DNA of 64,000 nt from an uncultured virus (IMG/VR IMGVR_UViG_3300021197_001844) (lineage: Duplodnaviria; Heunggongvirae; Uroviricota; Caudoviricetes), in the IMG/VR virus record IMGVR_UViG_3300021197_001844; one strand, 5' to 3'. Of the stretch, positions 1 to 10,113 are shown one piece after another; the stretch's first letter is position 1, and each line of letters begins with the position of its first letter. Made by a program: the position numbers and the translations under genes. Under the pieces are notes generated by a model, which was not told the origin of the DNA, searched no databases, and worked only from the letters and a program-made list of their open reading frames with translations.

Positions 1-5
1 CTTCA

Positions 6-914
6 TTAGTCAGTTTCATTCTTAATGTCCTCCAAGATAGCCTTGAGGTCGAGGTTTGCACAATCTATCTTCCGGTTAGTCAGATGATAATGCGACACGA
101 ACCCTGAGAATTTGTTTCTACTTGTTTCTTTATCAACAGTATAGCTTGTTTCTCCATCTTCATCCAAGGGACATTCGAGAGGAATCCAAGGCATCGCCCC
201 ATGAACGGCTTTCATGAGCGCCTTGAGGGCATCCACCTGTACAGGGTAGAAGTCCATAAATGGTTTCATGCTCTTTCCGTGGACATGGGCGTCTTCAACT
301 AAAGGGCGTTCGCCAAAGCCATGCTTCTTATACCAGCTTTGATACTTCGGGTAATAGGCGTTACTTATCTCAACTCCAACCGAGGGAGTGTTGTATTTCC
401 CGCCAGCATGGTAAGCTATATGGTTCATGTCAAGGAACTGGAATATGGTCCCATCATTGTCGATGGCGAAATGGACGCTTAAACCTCGTCTTTGGAGCAC
501 TCGAAAACATGACTTTGAGTTCAAGCAGACGTCCCAGTGGGAAACGAAGTACTTTGGCTTTCGCTGCTTTGTTACCTTCTTATAACCTTTGGTTAGCTTT
601 AGTCCACCAGCGTTGAAAGGGAGCACAACCTTATCCCATTCGATTGGATAGTATTCATTATTATAAATGATGTGGTTGCTTGACCCCTTTCTAACTTCTT
701 GGTGTTCGTACTCTTCAAGCTGGGCTTCACGCACAGCCCATATTCTTCTAAATGTAGCTGGGCCGCAAAGACCATCAGCCTTGAGGCTGTGGTTACGCTG
801 GAAGTTTTTAATCTTCTTTACGAGGTCTTCATTGAACTCATATGCGCCAAACCATTCAGGTGCCCAGCCGAGTTTTTCGGCAGACGCTTCATTGTAAAAT
901 ATCTTGTCTATCAT
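6..914 (-). CDS. Endolysin: N-terminal peptidoglycan-binding domain plus N-acetylmuramoyl-L-alanine amidase (Amidase_2-like)
   Basis: PG-binding motif ADGLCGPAT; amidase motifs SHWD, SVHFAIDNDGTI, AYHAGG, SVGVE, SHY..KIDC. Confidence 0.85.
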   Translation of the reverse strand: MIDKIFYNEASAEKLGWAPEWFGAYEFNEDLVKKIKNFQRNHSLKADGLCGPATFRRIWAVREAQLEEYEHQEVRKGSSNHIIYNNEYYPIEWDKVVLPFNAGGLKLTKGYKKVTKQRKPKYFVSHWDVCLNSKSCFRVLQRRGLSVHFAIDNDGTIFQFLDMNHIAYHAGGKYNTPSVGVEISNAYYPKYQSWYKKHGFGERPLVEDAHVHGKSMKPFMDFYPVQVDALKALMKAVHGAMPWIPLECPLDEDGETSYTVDKETSRNKFSGFVSHYHLTNRKIDCANLDLKAILEDIKNETD

Positions 915-928
915 TAAGTATCTCCTTG

Positions 929-1543
929 TTAGCCAATGATTTCATCAGCGATACCGTACTCAACTGCTTCCTCTGCGGTTAGATAAACATTTACCTTTCT
1001 ATCAAGAAGTTTTTGAATTGTCCGTGATGTCATACTGGTTTCTTTTGATAATGCCTTAATATATAGTTCTTGAATATGCTTAATTGTCTTGACTTCATTC
1101 TCAATATCATGCAACTCTCCAGCAGAGCCAGCAGCTACAGCATGAATCATAACCCGGCAATGCCTTCCAATCTTTCTCTTTCCCTTTGTACCAGACGCAA
1201 GTAAGAGTGTCGCAGCAGACATAATCTTGCCCAGACCACAAGTGTGAATCTCGCATTTGGTTTTAGTGATAGACATCATGTCATATATCGAAAACATCTC
1301 ATCGGCTGAACCACCATAAGATGAGATATAAAATGTAATTGGGTCGTATGGAGGTTCTGCGCCTTTCATATCTGTAAGCATTAGTAAGCCCATGCAAAGA
1401 TCCCCAGCCTTGTCCTCATCAACATCACCAAAAAGCGCAATTGTCCTTATCTCTTTTTGGTTGCCCATGATCATATCAGCGATTTCCTCTGGGCCTGTTT
1501 TTTCTTCTTCCTTTTTCTCGACAGTATCTGTTATCTTAATCAT
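929..1543 (-). CDS. clpP: ClpP-like protease subunit
   Basis: ISSYGGS, GKIMSAAT (nucleophile Ser), VMIH (His), YLTAEEAVEYGIADEII C-terminus. Confidence 0.88.
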   Translation of the reverse strand: MIKITDTVEKKEEEKTGPEEIADMIMGNQKEIRTIALFGDVDEDKAGDLCMGLLMLTDMKGAEPPYDPITFYISSYGGSADEMFSIYDMMSITKTKCEIHTCGLGKIMSAATLLLASGTKGKRKIGRHCRVMIHAVAAGSAGELHDIENEVKTIKHIQELYIKALSKETSMTSRTIQKLLDRKVNVYLTAEEAVEYGIADEIIG

Positions 1544-1923
1544 CTTACCTCCTTGACAGTTTTGTCTATATAGTCCATGGCCGTTTCCCAGTCATGGAAT
1601 TTGATTAAGCGGTTGTATTTTGGTGGTACTGAATTAACAAAATTTCTAATGCAAGTCGCCTTAAGCGAGTTTATTTCCCTCACATCAACTTTAGTTTGCC
1701 ATTCAATATATTTCTCATCTCGTCCGGCTATCCTCATCGCTTCTTCCTTCAGGTATTTAATTTCATAAACATTCTGTAGATTTTTGGCCATAAATATTAC
1801 GCAATCATCAATCGCCCTTTTCATCATAATGATGGTATAGCCGGTATTAACTAACCAATTCCACATCATGTGAAATGCTATTCCGAATAAGAAAGATGAT
1901 AGGGTTAAATAAGTAAATTCCAT
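1540..1923 (-). CDS. Hypothetical protein with N-terminal hydrophobic segment
   Basis: GGAG RBS; 4-nt overlap with clpP; hydrophobic N-terminus. Confidence 0.7.
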   Translation of the reverse strand: MEFTYLTLSSFLFGIAFHMMWNWLVNTGYTIIMMKRAIDDCVIFMAKNLQNVYEIKYLKEEAMRIAGRDEKYIEWQTKVDVREINSLKATCIRNFVNSVPPKYNRLIKFHDWETAMDYIDKTVKEVR

Positions 1924-1935
1924 TTATTCTCCAAA

Positions 1936-1965
1936 TAAAAAAGGACGGATTATTACCTCCGTCCT
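1936..1965 (-). terminator. Rho-independent terminator after the 1992-2594 gene
   Basis: AGGACGGA/TCCGTCCT stem followed by a U-run on the minus strand. Confidence 0.7.
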
Positions 1966-1991
1966 CCATTTAAAAGTCATAAAGTAATTGT

Positions 1992-2594
1992 TTACTTAGT
2001 ACGACGCTTTCGGCCGAGAGCTTCATTGAATTGTGCTTGTGCTTGTTTCGCACGAAGAAGTCTTTTAGCAACTCGCTTTGCAACTTCTTGTACAAGTTCG
2101 TCCTCGTTCAATTCGAGGTTAATTCCAGAGAGGGCTTCCATCACCTCCTCGTCCTCTTCTGGGGTATCCATATCAGCGCCATCAACGGCATCGGGCACAG
2201 GGGCTTCTTCACCAGCGGGTTCGCCAATATCTTCTTCACCTGCGGCATCACCAAGCATATCAACTACCTCAGCAGCTTCCATCGCAGCATCTTTTAAAGC
2301 TTTTAGTTTAGCAATGTCTTCTGGACTTAATTCTACTTCTGCTTCATCACCTGCTGGTTCTTCGGCAGCATCCATACCGACATCATCCGCTGGTTCTTCG
2401 ACAGGTGGCATTTCAGCATCAGCAGCGGGTTCATCCTCTGCATAGATACCTTCTTCCATCTTTTTCTCTTCTTCATCGTTACGTTTGTTACTATACATCT
2501 CTTTTAATGTATTAGAAACCAGTTTTGATTGCATTCCTGCAAGCCCCATAAAGCGACGAACGGTTGCCTCATTTAAAAGTCCTTTCTTTGACAT
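1992..2594 (-). CDS. Acidic low-complexity protein, putative prohead core/internal head protein
   Basis: E/D/A/P-rich; VRRFMGLAG resembles the scaffold C-terminus MKKLAGIK; own late-type motif at 2623-2629 and own terminator. Confidence 0.6.
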   Translation of the reverse strand: MSKKGLLNEATVRRFMGLAGMQSKLVSNTLKEMYSNKRNDEEEKKMEEGIYAEDEPAADAEMPPVEEPADDVGMDAAEEPAGDEAEVELSPEDIAKLKALKDAAMEAAEVVDMLGDAAGEEDIGEPAGEEAPVPDAVDGADMDTPEEDEEVMEALSGINLELNEDELVQEVAKRVAKRLLRAKQAQAQFNEALGRKRRTK

Positions 2595-2655
2595 GTAAAT
2601 TCTCCTTAAAGTGTTTTCATAATAAATAGACAGTAAAACTTAAAAACGCACAAAA

Positions 2656-2982
2656 TTATAATTCTGGGTTGGATTTTGCAATAATATCGAAGATATTTTC
2701 AAGTTCGTCGTCTTCAATGCCAAATTGGGCTAACAAATCTTGTGCACTCTCATTATCTCTTATGATAAACTTCATGTTTCTTTTGCTCATTTTTCTATTG
2801 TTTTCTTTATATCTGGTAATGAAATCCATGATACTTTTATCCTTTTCCAGATAGCCAGTAATGAAAGATCTGAAAAATTCTGCTTGTGAAATTCCATCGA
2901 ATTGTAACCTAACTTTGAGTTGTGCGTGCCTTACGTCAGTGTCGCTAAACACGACTTTCTTTTTGTTGTCAGATTCACTCAT
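2656..2982 (-). CDS. Hypothetical protein, possible ribbon-helix-helix DNA-binding
   Basis: KKVVFSDTD..HAQLKVRL..DGISQAEFFR pattern; start revised to MSESDNK. Confidence 0.5.
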   Translation of the reverse strand: MSESDNKKKVVFSDTDVRHAQLKVRLQFDGISQAEFFRSFITGYLEKDKSIMDFITRYKENNRKMSKRNMKFIIRDNESAQDLLAQFGIEDDELENIFDIIAKSNPEL

Positions 2983-3050
2983 ATAGATAAAGCCCCACAA
3001 ATACAGAATGCTATACAATATTTAGTATTGGAGAGGGAAAAAGCATCTCT

Positions 3051-3317
3051 TCACTCTTTTAGATTTATCTCGCTAAGGAATTGCTTTGCCTTGTTCCAGC
3101 AAGTGGGACAATAGACCCTAACTACTCGCTCCTCTTCCCTTACTACAACATTCCAAGTTTTGACCTGCTCTTTATCTCTCTTATTAAAAGGCTTCATGCA
3201 GACCATACACTCTTCTGGGAGTAATTCAAAGAGCCCGAGCTTTTGTTCAAGTTCAGTTTTCTTCTTTTTTGAACTTTTAATTTTTCGCCCTCGGGCTCTG
3301 CGCTGGGCTCGGTTCAT
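3051..3317 (-). CDS. Small Zn-ribbon protein
   Basis: CMVC...CPTC; basic N-terminus. Confidence 0.6.
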   Translation of the reverse strand: MNRAQRRARGRKIKSSKKKKTELEQKLGLFELLPEECMVCMKPFNKRDKEQVKTWNVVVREEERVVRVYCPTCWNKAKQFLSEINLKE

Positions 3318-3751
3318 TGACCAGTGCTCCCAAAGCCACCAGTTCCACGCTCGGTATCTGTCAGTTCTTCAACCTCCATCAATTCAATATCTGGGCGGGG
3401 TATAACCATCAACTGGCCAATCCTATCACCAGCGTCATAAACAGAACTATCAGGAGTTGCTGCTTGCGAGAACCAGCCGAATTTTAGGATTATTTCGCCA
3501 CGATAGCCAGAGTCAATAACCCCAACATGGTTCCTGAGCATCTGTTTTGTCTTTGATATTGATGACCGAGGATAGATAAGCCCAACAAAGCCATCAGGAA
3601 TCTCCATCGCTAAACCGGTTTTATACACCATGTTGCCATATTTATCAACCTTGCCCCTATCAGTGGCATGCAAATCTAGTGCTGCGTCTCCACTCTTGGC
3701 GTAAGAGGGAATAATAGCCTCTGGATGTAACTTTTTCACTTTAATAATCAT
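3314..3751 (-). CDS. dut: Trimeric dUTPase
   Basis: AALDL, PRSS, GVIDSGYRGEI, GDRIGQL, RGTGGFGSTG; start revised to MIIKVKK. Confidence 0.95.
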   Translation of the reverse strand: MIIKVKKLHPEAIIPSYAKSGDAALDLHATDRGKVDKYGNMVYKTGLAMEIPDGFVGLIYPRSSISKTKQMLRNHVGVIDSGYRGEIILKFGWFSQAATPDSSVYDAGDRIGQLMVIPRPDIELMEVEELTDTERGTGGFGSTGQ

Positions 3752-3774
3752 TTTATTTATCCTATGCTTAATAA

Positions 3775-4836
3775 TCACTTTTCAATTACAATTACGTATT
3801 CAGTATTCTTTTTGTTATACTCTTTTTTAGCACCTGCTCCAATACCACCCATAACATGTCTTTGATGTTCTTGTTGGTGAAATTGGTAACTTTTGTATTT
3901 TTTGCATAACGCCTCCATATCATCATAACTGATGAGCCCCTCGTCACTATAGGAAAAGACACAATACTTAACTGGAAGCCTATCAATAAGCTTTTTTGTT
4001 GCTTCAAGCGCAGTCTTTTTAGAGTACCATGGACTAGCCATATCTAAATCACGTTTGTCAGAAGACTTCACTCTGTCAATTCTGCGGTTTGTCGAAAGTC
4101 CAACCTCAGGCTTATCCCATTTAGCAATACTATCCCAAATATGATAATACGTAGAATAATCTGCTGATGTATATGGCGGGTCAAGATAGGCCACTGAGGC
4201 TTCCGGATATTCAATCTTGAGAGCATCACCGCATATATGTGTACCAGCTTGACCTTTAAATGAGGGTAACATTTCCAGTTTAAGGTCTTTATCAACCCTT
4301 GGCGACTTCCAACCTTTTAAGTAGGCCTGTTGTAGCCCGACTGTGTTGTCAACCTTATCGAGGGCAAAGATCAACGAAGATACTAAATAATTCTTTTCCC
4401 ACGCTTCTATATCCAGATTGCTTATGCGGTCTCGAACAGCATCTGCTTTTTTGCCATTCTTTGGCTTCCACACTTGAATAGCAATGGTAGAGCCATCACG
4501 CTTGGTCGCAGACCCATTACAATAATTTTTGGTAAGCCAGCCGGACTCACCTTCAATCTCATTCAATTCGTCAATATACGTCTGTAAGTGTTCAACATTA
4601 CCGTCATTACATACAAACGCATGACTATACGCAGTAGATGCCCACGCCAAGTCACTTGTAGTCACCTTATATCCCACAGATTTAAAAGCCTGTGCGACTC
4701 TGGTTGTGCCTGTGAATACATCGATGATACTTCTATCATCTAAGTTTAGGCCCTCTACCACATCAACAATGAGTGGTAGAATCTTACTCTTGCTTCCAAG
4801 ATACCTTACACCTTTGGTTTCTATCTTCTTTTCCAT
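3775..4836 (-). CDS. DNA adenine methyltransferase (D12 / FokI-NlaIII-like)
   Basis: RYLGSKSKIL, IDVFTGT (motif I), YLDPPY (motif IV). Confidence 0.88.
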   Translation of the reverse strand: MEKKIETKGVRYLGSKSKILPLIVDVVEGLNLDDRSIIDVFTGTTRVAQAFKSVGYKVTTSDLAWASTAYSHAFVCNDGNVEHLQTYIDELNEIEGESGWLTKNYCNGSATKRDGSTIAIQVWKPKNGKKADAVRDRISNLDIEAWEKNYLVSSLIFALDKVDNTVGLQQAYLKGWKSPRVDKDLKLEMLPSFKGQAGTHICGDALKIEYPEASVAYLDPPYTSADYSTYYHIWDSIAKWDKPEVGLSTNRRIDRVKSSDKRDLDMASPWYSKKTALEATKKLIDRLPVKYCVFSYSDEGLISYDDMEALCKKYKSYQFHQQEHQRHVMGGIGAGAKKEYNKKNTEYVIVIEK

Positions 4837-5330
4837 ATATCCCCCTTGTCTAACTTTTTTAGTTCACTTGCAAGGCCATCCCAGCCCCACACAACTTTAA
4901 CCGGCAGTTTTGCTTTTTTTACTTCTAGTTCAAACTCCTTATATGCTGCGGCATCTTCGGCAACATCACCAGTGAAAACATACCACAGTTCATGCTTTGA
5001 GCCATAGACACCAAGTCTAATCTTATCTTTATCATAGAAAACCTTTTCCTCGGTGGTTCCATGTCTGTCTGAGTGTTTTTGCTCAACAATTATGCCCTTA
5101 CCGACTGGTATGAAGCCATCTGATATATATCTTCTCTGTTTGCCAGTTGGTGTTTTTTGGTGCCAATCCTTCGGTGGTTTATGGTAACGTGTGCCCCATT
5201 CGCTGATGCCATAGTTGTCATACTCTTTCTTTAATTTCAAGCATGGCACACCATGTGCCTTGCATACTACTGATAGTTTCTTTTCACTTTTGGCGCCAGA
5301 AACTGCGGCACCATGATTGTGTTGAGTCAT
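4821..5330 (-). CDS. PD-(D/E)XK-family nuclease, putative restriction-like endonuclease
   Basis: SDGFI...IVEQK...GTTEEKV; overlaps the methylase start by 16 nt. Confidence 0.6.
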   Translation of the reverse strand: MTQHNHGAAVSGAKSEKKLSVVCKAHGVPCLKLKKEYDNYGISEWGTRYHKPPKDWHQKTPTGKQRRYISDGFIPVGKGIIVEQKHSDRHGTTEEKVFYDKDKIRLGVYGSKHELWYVFTGDVAEDAAAYKEFELEVKKAKLPVKVVWGWDGLASELKKLDKGDIWKRR

Positions 5331-5882
5331 ATGCGACCTCCGTGTTATTACTTTTATAGTTGATATTCAGCATATTATCTGACTTCGATAGAGATGTTAA
5401 TACCACCAATTTCGAACTTCATGCTGATTGTTTTGCCCTGCTCTATAATAGCCTGTTTGTTCTTGCCGGCAATAAGGGGCATTGATAGCGTTGGTTGCCG
5501 CTTTGGCAATGGTTTTTTAGACTTTAACCTTTTCTCCAGATTTAACAAGCGAATAATATTATTTAAATTAGCAGGCTCTGGGTGAGTCCCTTTAGTCTTC
5601 TGTGGTTTCCAGTTCGGAACACCCGAAACTAGAATGTCTTCATGGGCGATCTCCCAAGCTTTTTGAACCTTTCCAAAACATTTCTTTGTCACTTGTTTGC
5701 CTCGATTATTCAGCTTTGGCTTACGTTTCCATGATGGGTTAACAATACTGCATATTTTTATCATCTCGTCACCAGAAAAGAAAAATTTCTTAGTGTCTGG
5801 TGCTCCAATTAATGTTCTAACTTCTTTGAATAGCTGCTGTCTATTTTTAGTCATATGTGACCTCCGTGTTGTTACTTTTATA
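5325..5882. repeat. 34-bp direct repeat (5325-5358 and 5849-5882; 32/34 identical) containing leader, RBS and ATG
   Basis: agtcatatgYgacctccgtgttRttacttttata in both copies. Confidence 0.9.
5375..5854 (-). CDS. Hypothetical basic protein, flanked by direct repeats
   Basis: GGAGG RBS and sigma70-like promoter upstream. Confidence 0.7.
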   Translation of the reverse strand: MTKNRQQLFKEVRTLIGAPDTKKFFFSGDEMIKICSIVNPSWKRKPKLNNRGKQVTKKCFGKVQKAWEIAHEDILVSGVPNWKPQKTKGTHPEPANLNNIIRLLNLEKRLKSKKPLPKRQPTLSMPLIAGKNKQAIIEQGKTISMKFEIGGINISIEVR

Positions 5883-5909
5883 ATATAACCTGTTTCGAAA
5901 ATTTGTCAA
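5882..5909 (-). promoter_or_regulatory. Sigma70-like early promoter
   Basis: TTGACA-16nt(ending AGGT)-TATATT on the minus strand. Confidence 0.75.
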
Positions 5910-5913
5910 GTAA

Positions 5914-8900
5914 TTATCCTAACAAAAACCAACAATTATTCAAAGCACCGTATGTGCTGAAGCCCCAGTCTGCATTATACTTTGGCTTTAGCATGTAAGG
6001 CCTGTTGATATGAAGCTTATCCTTCTCAGGGTTGATAGACCAGCAGCGGATTTTGGTAACCACAGAGTTAGCATCAATAACTTCTACAACATAAAAGTTT
6101 CTACCATTTCTTGACTTCTTCTTGGTCACCGACCTTGGAATACACCAGCAGTAACCTAAGTCATAATCATACTCAGATATGGGAGGCGCAACCCACTCAT
6201 CAATTCTGGCTTGAACGTCTGAAGTAATGACCTTGGACATAGGAAACATACCTGTTAAGTCGGTCAGGAAGCTTATTTTTTCCTCTTCAGTGAAGGAACC
6301 TTCAGGTTGGTATGTCTCGATGTTCTCAAGCAGGTTTTTGAGCCGTTTTGGGCGGTCTACGCACACTGCTGACCAGAAGTGTTTATCACCAGAGAAACGC
6401 TCGTCTATTAAGTCACGTAAGGCGCCTGCTCTGCATAAAACATCGAAAGCTTTCTTGTTCAGTTTCGAGTACACAATACCTTCGTTGAAGATAAACTCCT
6501 CCACTGTCTGAAAGGGACGGTTGTTTAATATCTGCTGGATGGCTTTCTCACCAAGGCCTTTAATAGTGGTCAAGGGAGCGACAAGTGTTTCCTCATCAAG
6601 TATCTCCCAATACATACCAGAAGTATTAACGTCAACATCTCGAATACCGAACCCATGCTGCTTTGCAAGGTTTATCGCTTTCTCTTTGCGTGTTTCTGGT
6701 TCTCTTTCGAGGAAGGCGGCTGTCCACTCTGCGGGAAAATAATTACATAACCAAGCGCACTGATAGCTGATAATAGAATAAGAAACGGCATGAGACTTAT
6801 TAAAGCCATAGCCAGAAAAGTATTCAAAAGTTGTCCAGAGGGCGTTTGCTTGCTTCTCCGAAATCCGTTTAGCTCTACACCCTCTGATGAATTTGTCTCG
6901 TATCCGTTCTTTAACCTCATGGCCTTTGCCAGTCCCCTTCTTTGTAAGTAGTTTACGAAGAAGGTTTCCCTCGTCCAAAGTTAAGTTGTCACCTAACTTA
7001 TGCGCTAGCATGGCTATTTGTTCTTGGAAAATAAGGAAGCCATGCGTCTCTTTTGTGATCTCTTTAACAATGTTGTTAAGGTATTTGACAGAACTTGGGT
7101 CTTCCTTAGCATCTACATATGATTTATCAACTCCAGCCGATAAAGGACCGGGACGGTATATGCTAGTAATAGCAGATATATCGATAATGGATCTTGGTTT
7201 TGCTCTGGTGGCGAACTTCTGCGCTCCTTGTTCTGCGAATTGGAAGATCCCAACCCACTTTCCTTTGTGAAATATGTTTTCATATACCCTCTGGTCGTTT
7301 AGGTTAATCGTGTCTGGGTGTAAGTGGGTATCATAATAACCTTTGATATCCTCGAAGGAAGGCTCACTGATACCGTGATGTCTGCGGAGCACTGAACCAA
7401 TGCAGTCCTCAATCATCCGAAGAGTTGATAGCCCAAGTAAGTCAAACTTGATGAAGCCCATCGGCTCTAAGTGTCGAACGTTTTGGCCTTCTGACCATGG
7501 TGTCTGGCGGACGCCTTTACTTGCAATGAGTGGCATATACTTATCTAAGTTCTCACCGATAACCACACCACCGGCGTGACGTGATACCTGACGTACTTGG
7601 CCGACTAAACCAACAACATGGTCTTTGATCTTAGGATACTTAACAAAAAACTTCTGTAGGGATTCGCTATATTCTATTACTTCTTCGAAGGTTGGCGTAT
7701 ACACACCAGCTTTAATACCGTGCTTTGCTTTGGCTAAAGGTGTAGCCTCGAATAACATCTTATTTGTAACAGCATTTGCTTCCATGAATGGTACATCATA
7801 GAACTTACTAATATCTTTTATCAGACTCTTCAGTTGAAGCGTGCTGAAGTTGGAGATAGGAACAACAACATTGTCGCCCCATTCATCAATAAGTTTTTCT
7901 TTCAATGCCATAGGCTCAGATACATCATAATCGATATCAGGGTAATCAGTCGCATCAGCCCGTAGAAATCGGGAGAAAAGTAAGTTATAACGAATTGGGT
8001 CCACTTGAGTAATGCCAAGAGCATAAGCAACAAGAGAGCCCGCAGCAGAACCTCGGCCGGGCCCAGAGATTTGTATTTCATTGGTTTTATCCGCAATAGA
8101 TTTCATTGTGAGGAAATATTTTGAGAACCCACGGTCAGCAATAACCTTGAGTTCATGTTCAAGGCGAGTTTCGTATTCCAAGATTGTTTTATCCTTGCCT
8201 TGTTTAGTTTTCTTCTTAAAACTCAAGGGATGGTTAAGTTTCAGCAAGGAAAATAAACCTTCCGATGCTATCCGCCCAAGATAATCGTCGGCAGTATATC
8301 CAGCAGGAACCACAAAGTCAGGTAAACGAACGGTATCATCAGGATAAAATCTTTCAATGCGATCAAAAGCAATACTATGAGATTCTTCGATACTTTGTAA
8401 AACGAGGTCGTCATCGTATTCCACCCCTGCTTCTTTTGAATATTTAAGATAGGACTCCCACATCTGGTCACCATTCTTTGGGTATAATTCATATTCTAGC
8501 TCCTGTACTGATGTTGGTAGATTCATATCAAGCCACTCAGGTTTACCACGACCGAGCCAGCCAAGTCTTTTGTACAGTTCTCTGTCAGTCCAAGCAACAG
8601 GCGTTGGATAATGAGAGTCACACGTCGAAACTAATTTAATACCTGTTTCTTGAGCGATCTTAATAATGTATTGATTGAGTTCGTGTTGTTCCGGGACGCC
8701 ATTCCACTGGAGTTCTCCGTACCATCGGTCTCCGAGGATTTCGACCATTCTTTTTGTTGTTTCCCGCATAGCCTGTAGTACAGCTTCCTCACCTTCTTCA
8801 CGGTGAGCCCAGTAATTACCAGCATATACACCGCCAAGACAAGCGGAAAGGCAAATAACGCCGCTAGAATATTTGTTAAGTAGTGCATAGTCAATCCTCG

Positions 8901-9378
8901 GTTTGCGATAGAAATAGTCTCCATTGTATGACTCAGAGACCATCTTATAAATATTGTTTAAGCCTTCTTGGTTAACCGCAAGAAGCACAAGGTGGCGTGA
9001 ACGGTTAAGAGGGTTACTCTTACTTTTGCTAGCGCCTTCTGCTTCTATGTTTGTGCCGGTTCTTTCATTTGATAAGGTTCGAGCTTTCTTTTTGTCTGCT
9101 CTGTGTTCATCATAAGTTTTTCGCCACTCCCCGATATCCTCAATGAAGTAAGCCTCAACGCCATAAATAGGTTTGAAAAACTTTCCTTGCTTTTCCATCT
9201 TCTTTGCATGAAGAACTTGGTAACTAGTTCCGTTCATGTTTCCATGGTCAGTGAGGGCCAAGGCTTCACAGCCGTTCTCAAATGCAAAATCCATATGGTC
9301 TTGGGGAAAGCCAAAACCGTCAAATGGCGAACCAACGCCAGAATGGGCATGAAGCCCAACAAACTTAATGTTGCTCAT
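5914..9378 (-). CDS. dnaE: DNA polymerase III alpha subunit (family C)
   Basis: PHP motifs LHAHS, TDHG, GVE, DSHY; GRGSAAGSLVAY, PDIDYD, HAGG, KFDLLGL, FQEQ, GYGFNKSHA. Confidence 0.97.
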   Translation of the reverse strand: MSNIKFVGLHAHSGVGSPFDGFGFPQDHMDFAFENGCEALALTDHGNMNGTSYQVLHAKKMEKQGKFFKPIYGVEAYFIEDIGEWRKTYDEHRADKKKARTLSNERTGTNIEAEGASKSKSNPLNRSRHLVLLAVNQEGLNNIYKMVSESYNGDYFYRKPRIDYALLNKYSSGVICLSACLGGVYAGNYWAHREEGEEAVLQAMRETTKRMVEILGDRWYGELQWNGVPEQHELNQYIIKIAQETGIKLVSTCDSHYPTPVAWTDRELYKRLGWLGRGKPEWLDMNLPTSVQELEYELYPKNGDQMWESYLKYSKEAGVEYDDDLVLQSIEESHSIAFDRIERFYPDDTVRLPDFVVPAGYTADDYLGRIASEGLFSLLKLNHPLSFKKKTKQGKDKTILEYETRLEHELKVIADRGFSKYFLTMKSIADKTNEIQISGPGRGSAAGSLVAYALGITQVDPIRYNLLFSRFLRADATDYPDIDYDVSEPMALKEKLIDEWGDNVVVPISNFSTLQLKSLIKDISKFYDVPFMEANAVTNKMLFEATPLAKAKHGIKAGVYTPTFEEVIEYSESLQKFFVKYPKIKDHVVGLVGQVRQVSRHAGGVVIGENLDKYMPLIASKGVRQTPWSEGQNVRHLEPMGFIKFDLLGLSTLRMIEDCIGSVLRRHHGISEPSFEDIKGYYDTHLHPDTINLNDQRVYENIFHKGKWVGIFQFAEQGAQKFATRAKPRSIIDISAITSIYRPGPLSAGVDKSYVDAKEDPSSVKYLNNIVKEITKETHGFLIFQEQIAMLAHKLGDNLTLDEGNLLRKLLTKKGTGKGHEVKERIRDKFIRGCRAKRISEKQANALWTTFEYFSGYGFNKSHAVSYSIISYQCAWLCNYFPAEWTAAFLEREPETRKEKAINLAKQHGFGIRDVDVNTSGMYWEILDEETLVAPLTTIKGLGEKAIQQILNNRPFQTVEEFIFNEGIVYSKLNKKAFDVLCRAGALRDLIDERFSGDKHFWSAVCVDRPKRLKNLLENIETYQPEGSFTEEEKISFLTDLTGMFPMSKVITSDVQARIDEWVAPPISEYDYDLGYCWCIPRSVTKKKSRNGRNFYVVEVIDANSVVTKIRCWSINPEKDKLHINRPYMLKPKYNADWGFSTYGALNNCWFLLG

Positions 9379-9412
9379 GTGCAACCTCCGTGTTTCTCAT
9401 TGTGATGTTATA

Positions 9413-9441
9413 TATATAACCTACTATGTTTGGCTTGTCAA
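9413..9441 (-). promoter_or_regulatory. Sigma70-like early promoter for dnaE
   Basis: TTGACA-17nt(ending AGGT)-TATATA. Confidence 0.75.
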
Positions 9442-10113
9442 ATTGTTTTTCCACTTTCTTAATCTTATTTGACCTTCCTTTATAATTGCATAAGTTTGAT
9501 GTTCAACCCAATCACCAGTATTCACGTATGTCTTTATGTTTTCGTCTTCATCGATCCAAATAACCGCCTCTGGTATGTGGGTGTGCCCCATGATGAATAC
9601 ATCCGCTTCTTTATTCCATTCAAGGATATCCCACACTCTTCTTAGCTTTCTTTTCTTTAGTTTCCTCCTAACAAGCCAAGTCGCCAAGTCCCACTTTAAC
9701 CAACGCTCAAGCATATCTTGGAATATTGATACAATATTCATAGAAAAACGCCACGTTACAATACCAGTATCAAACTGGTGTCCATGAAGAATACGATAAA
9801 TGCGGTCGGCATACTCAAATTCATATCTCTCAACAAACTTGACTCCGCCAATTGTGTCACCAACAAACTCCGACAGGTTGATGTCATGATTGCCGATGAC
9901 ATAAATGATCGGCTTACCTCTCTTTCTCAACGTATCAATAAATTTAATCGTTTGCTTTGTAAATGTTGGAACCTTTATAAAATCAATAATGTCTCCGGCC
10001 AAAATTAGTTCATCAAATTCAATTTGTTCAATCATCTCACACAACTGCTCTTCTTTGGAGTAGAAGCTACCCAAGTGCAAATCAGATATAATCAGCCTAA
10101 CATAATCTTTCAA
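9424..10113 (-). CDS. Calcineurin-like metallophosphoesterase (LpxH-like)
   Basis: SDLHLG, GDIID, GNHD, HGH, GHTH, NTGDW. Confidence 0.9.
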   Translation of the reverse strand: MKDYVRLIISDLHLGSFYSKEEQLCEMIEQIEFDELILAGDIIDFIKVPTFTKQTIKFIDTLRKRGKPIIYVIGNHDINLSEFVGDTIGGVKFVERYEFEYADRIYRILHGHQFDTGIVTWRFSMNIVSIFQDMLERWLKWDLATWLVRRKLKKRKLRRVWDILEWNKEADVFIMGHTHIPEAVIWIDEDENIKTYVNTGDWVEHQTYAIIKEGQIRLRKWKNNLTSQT

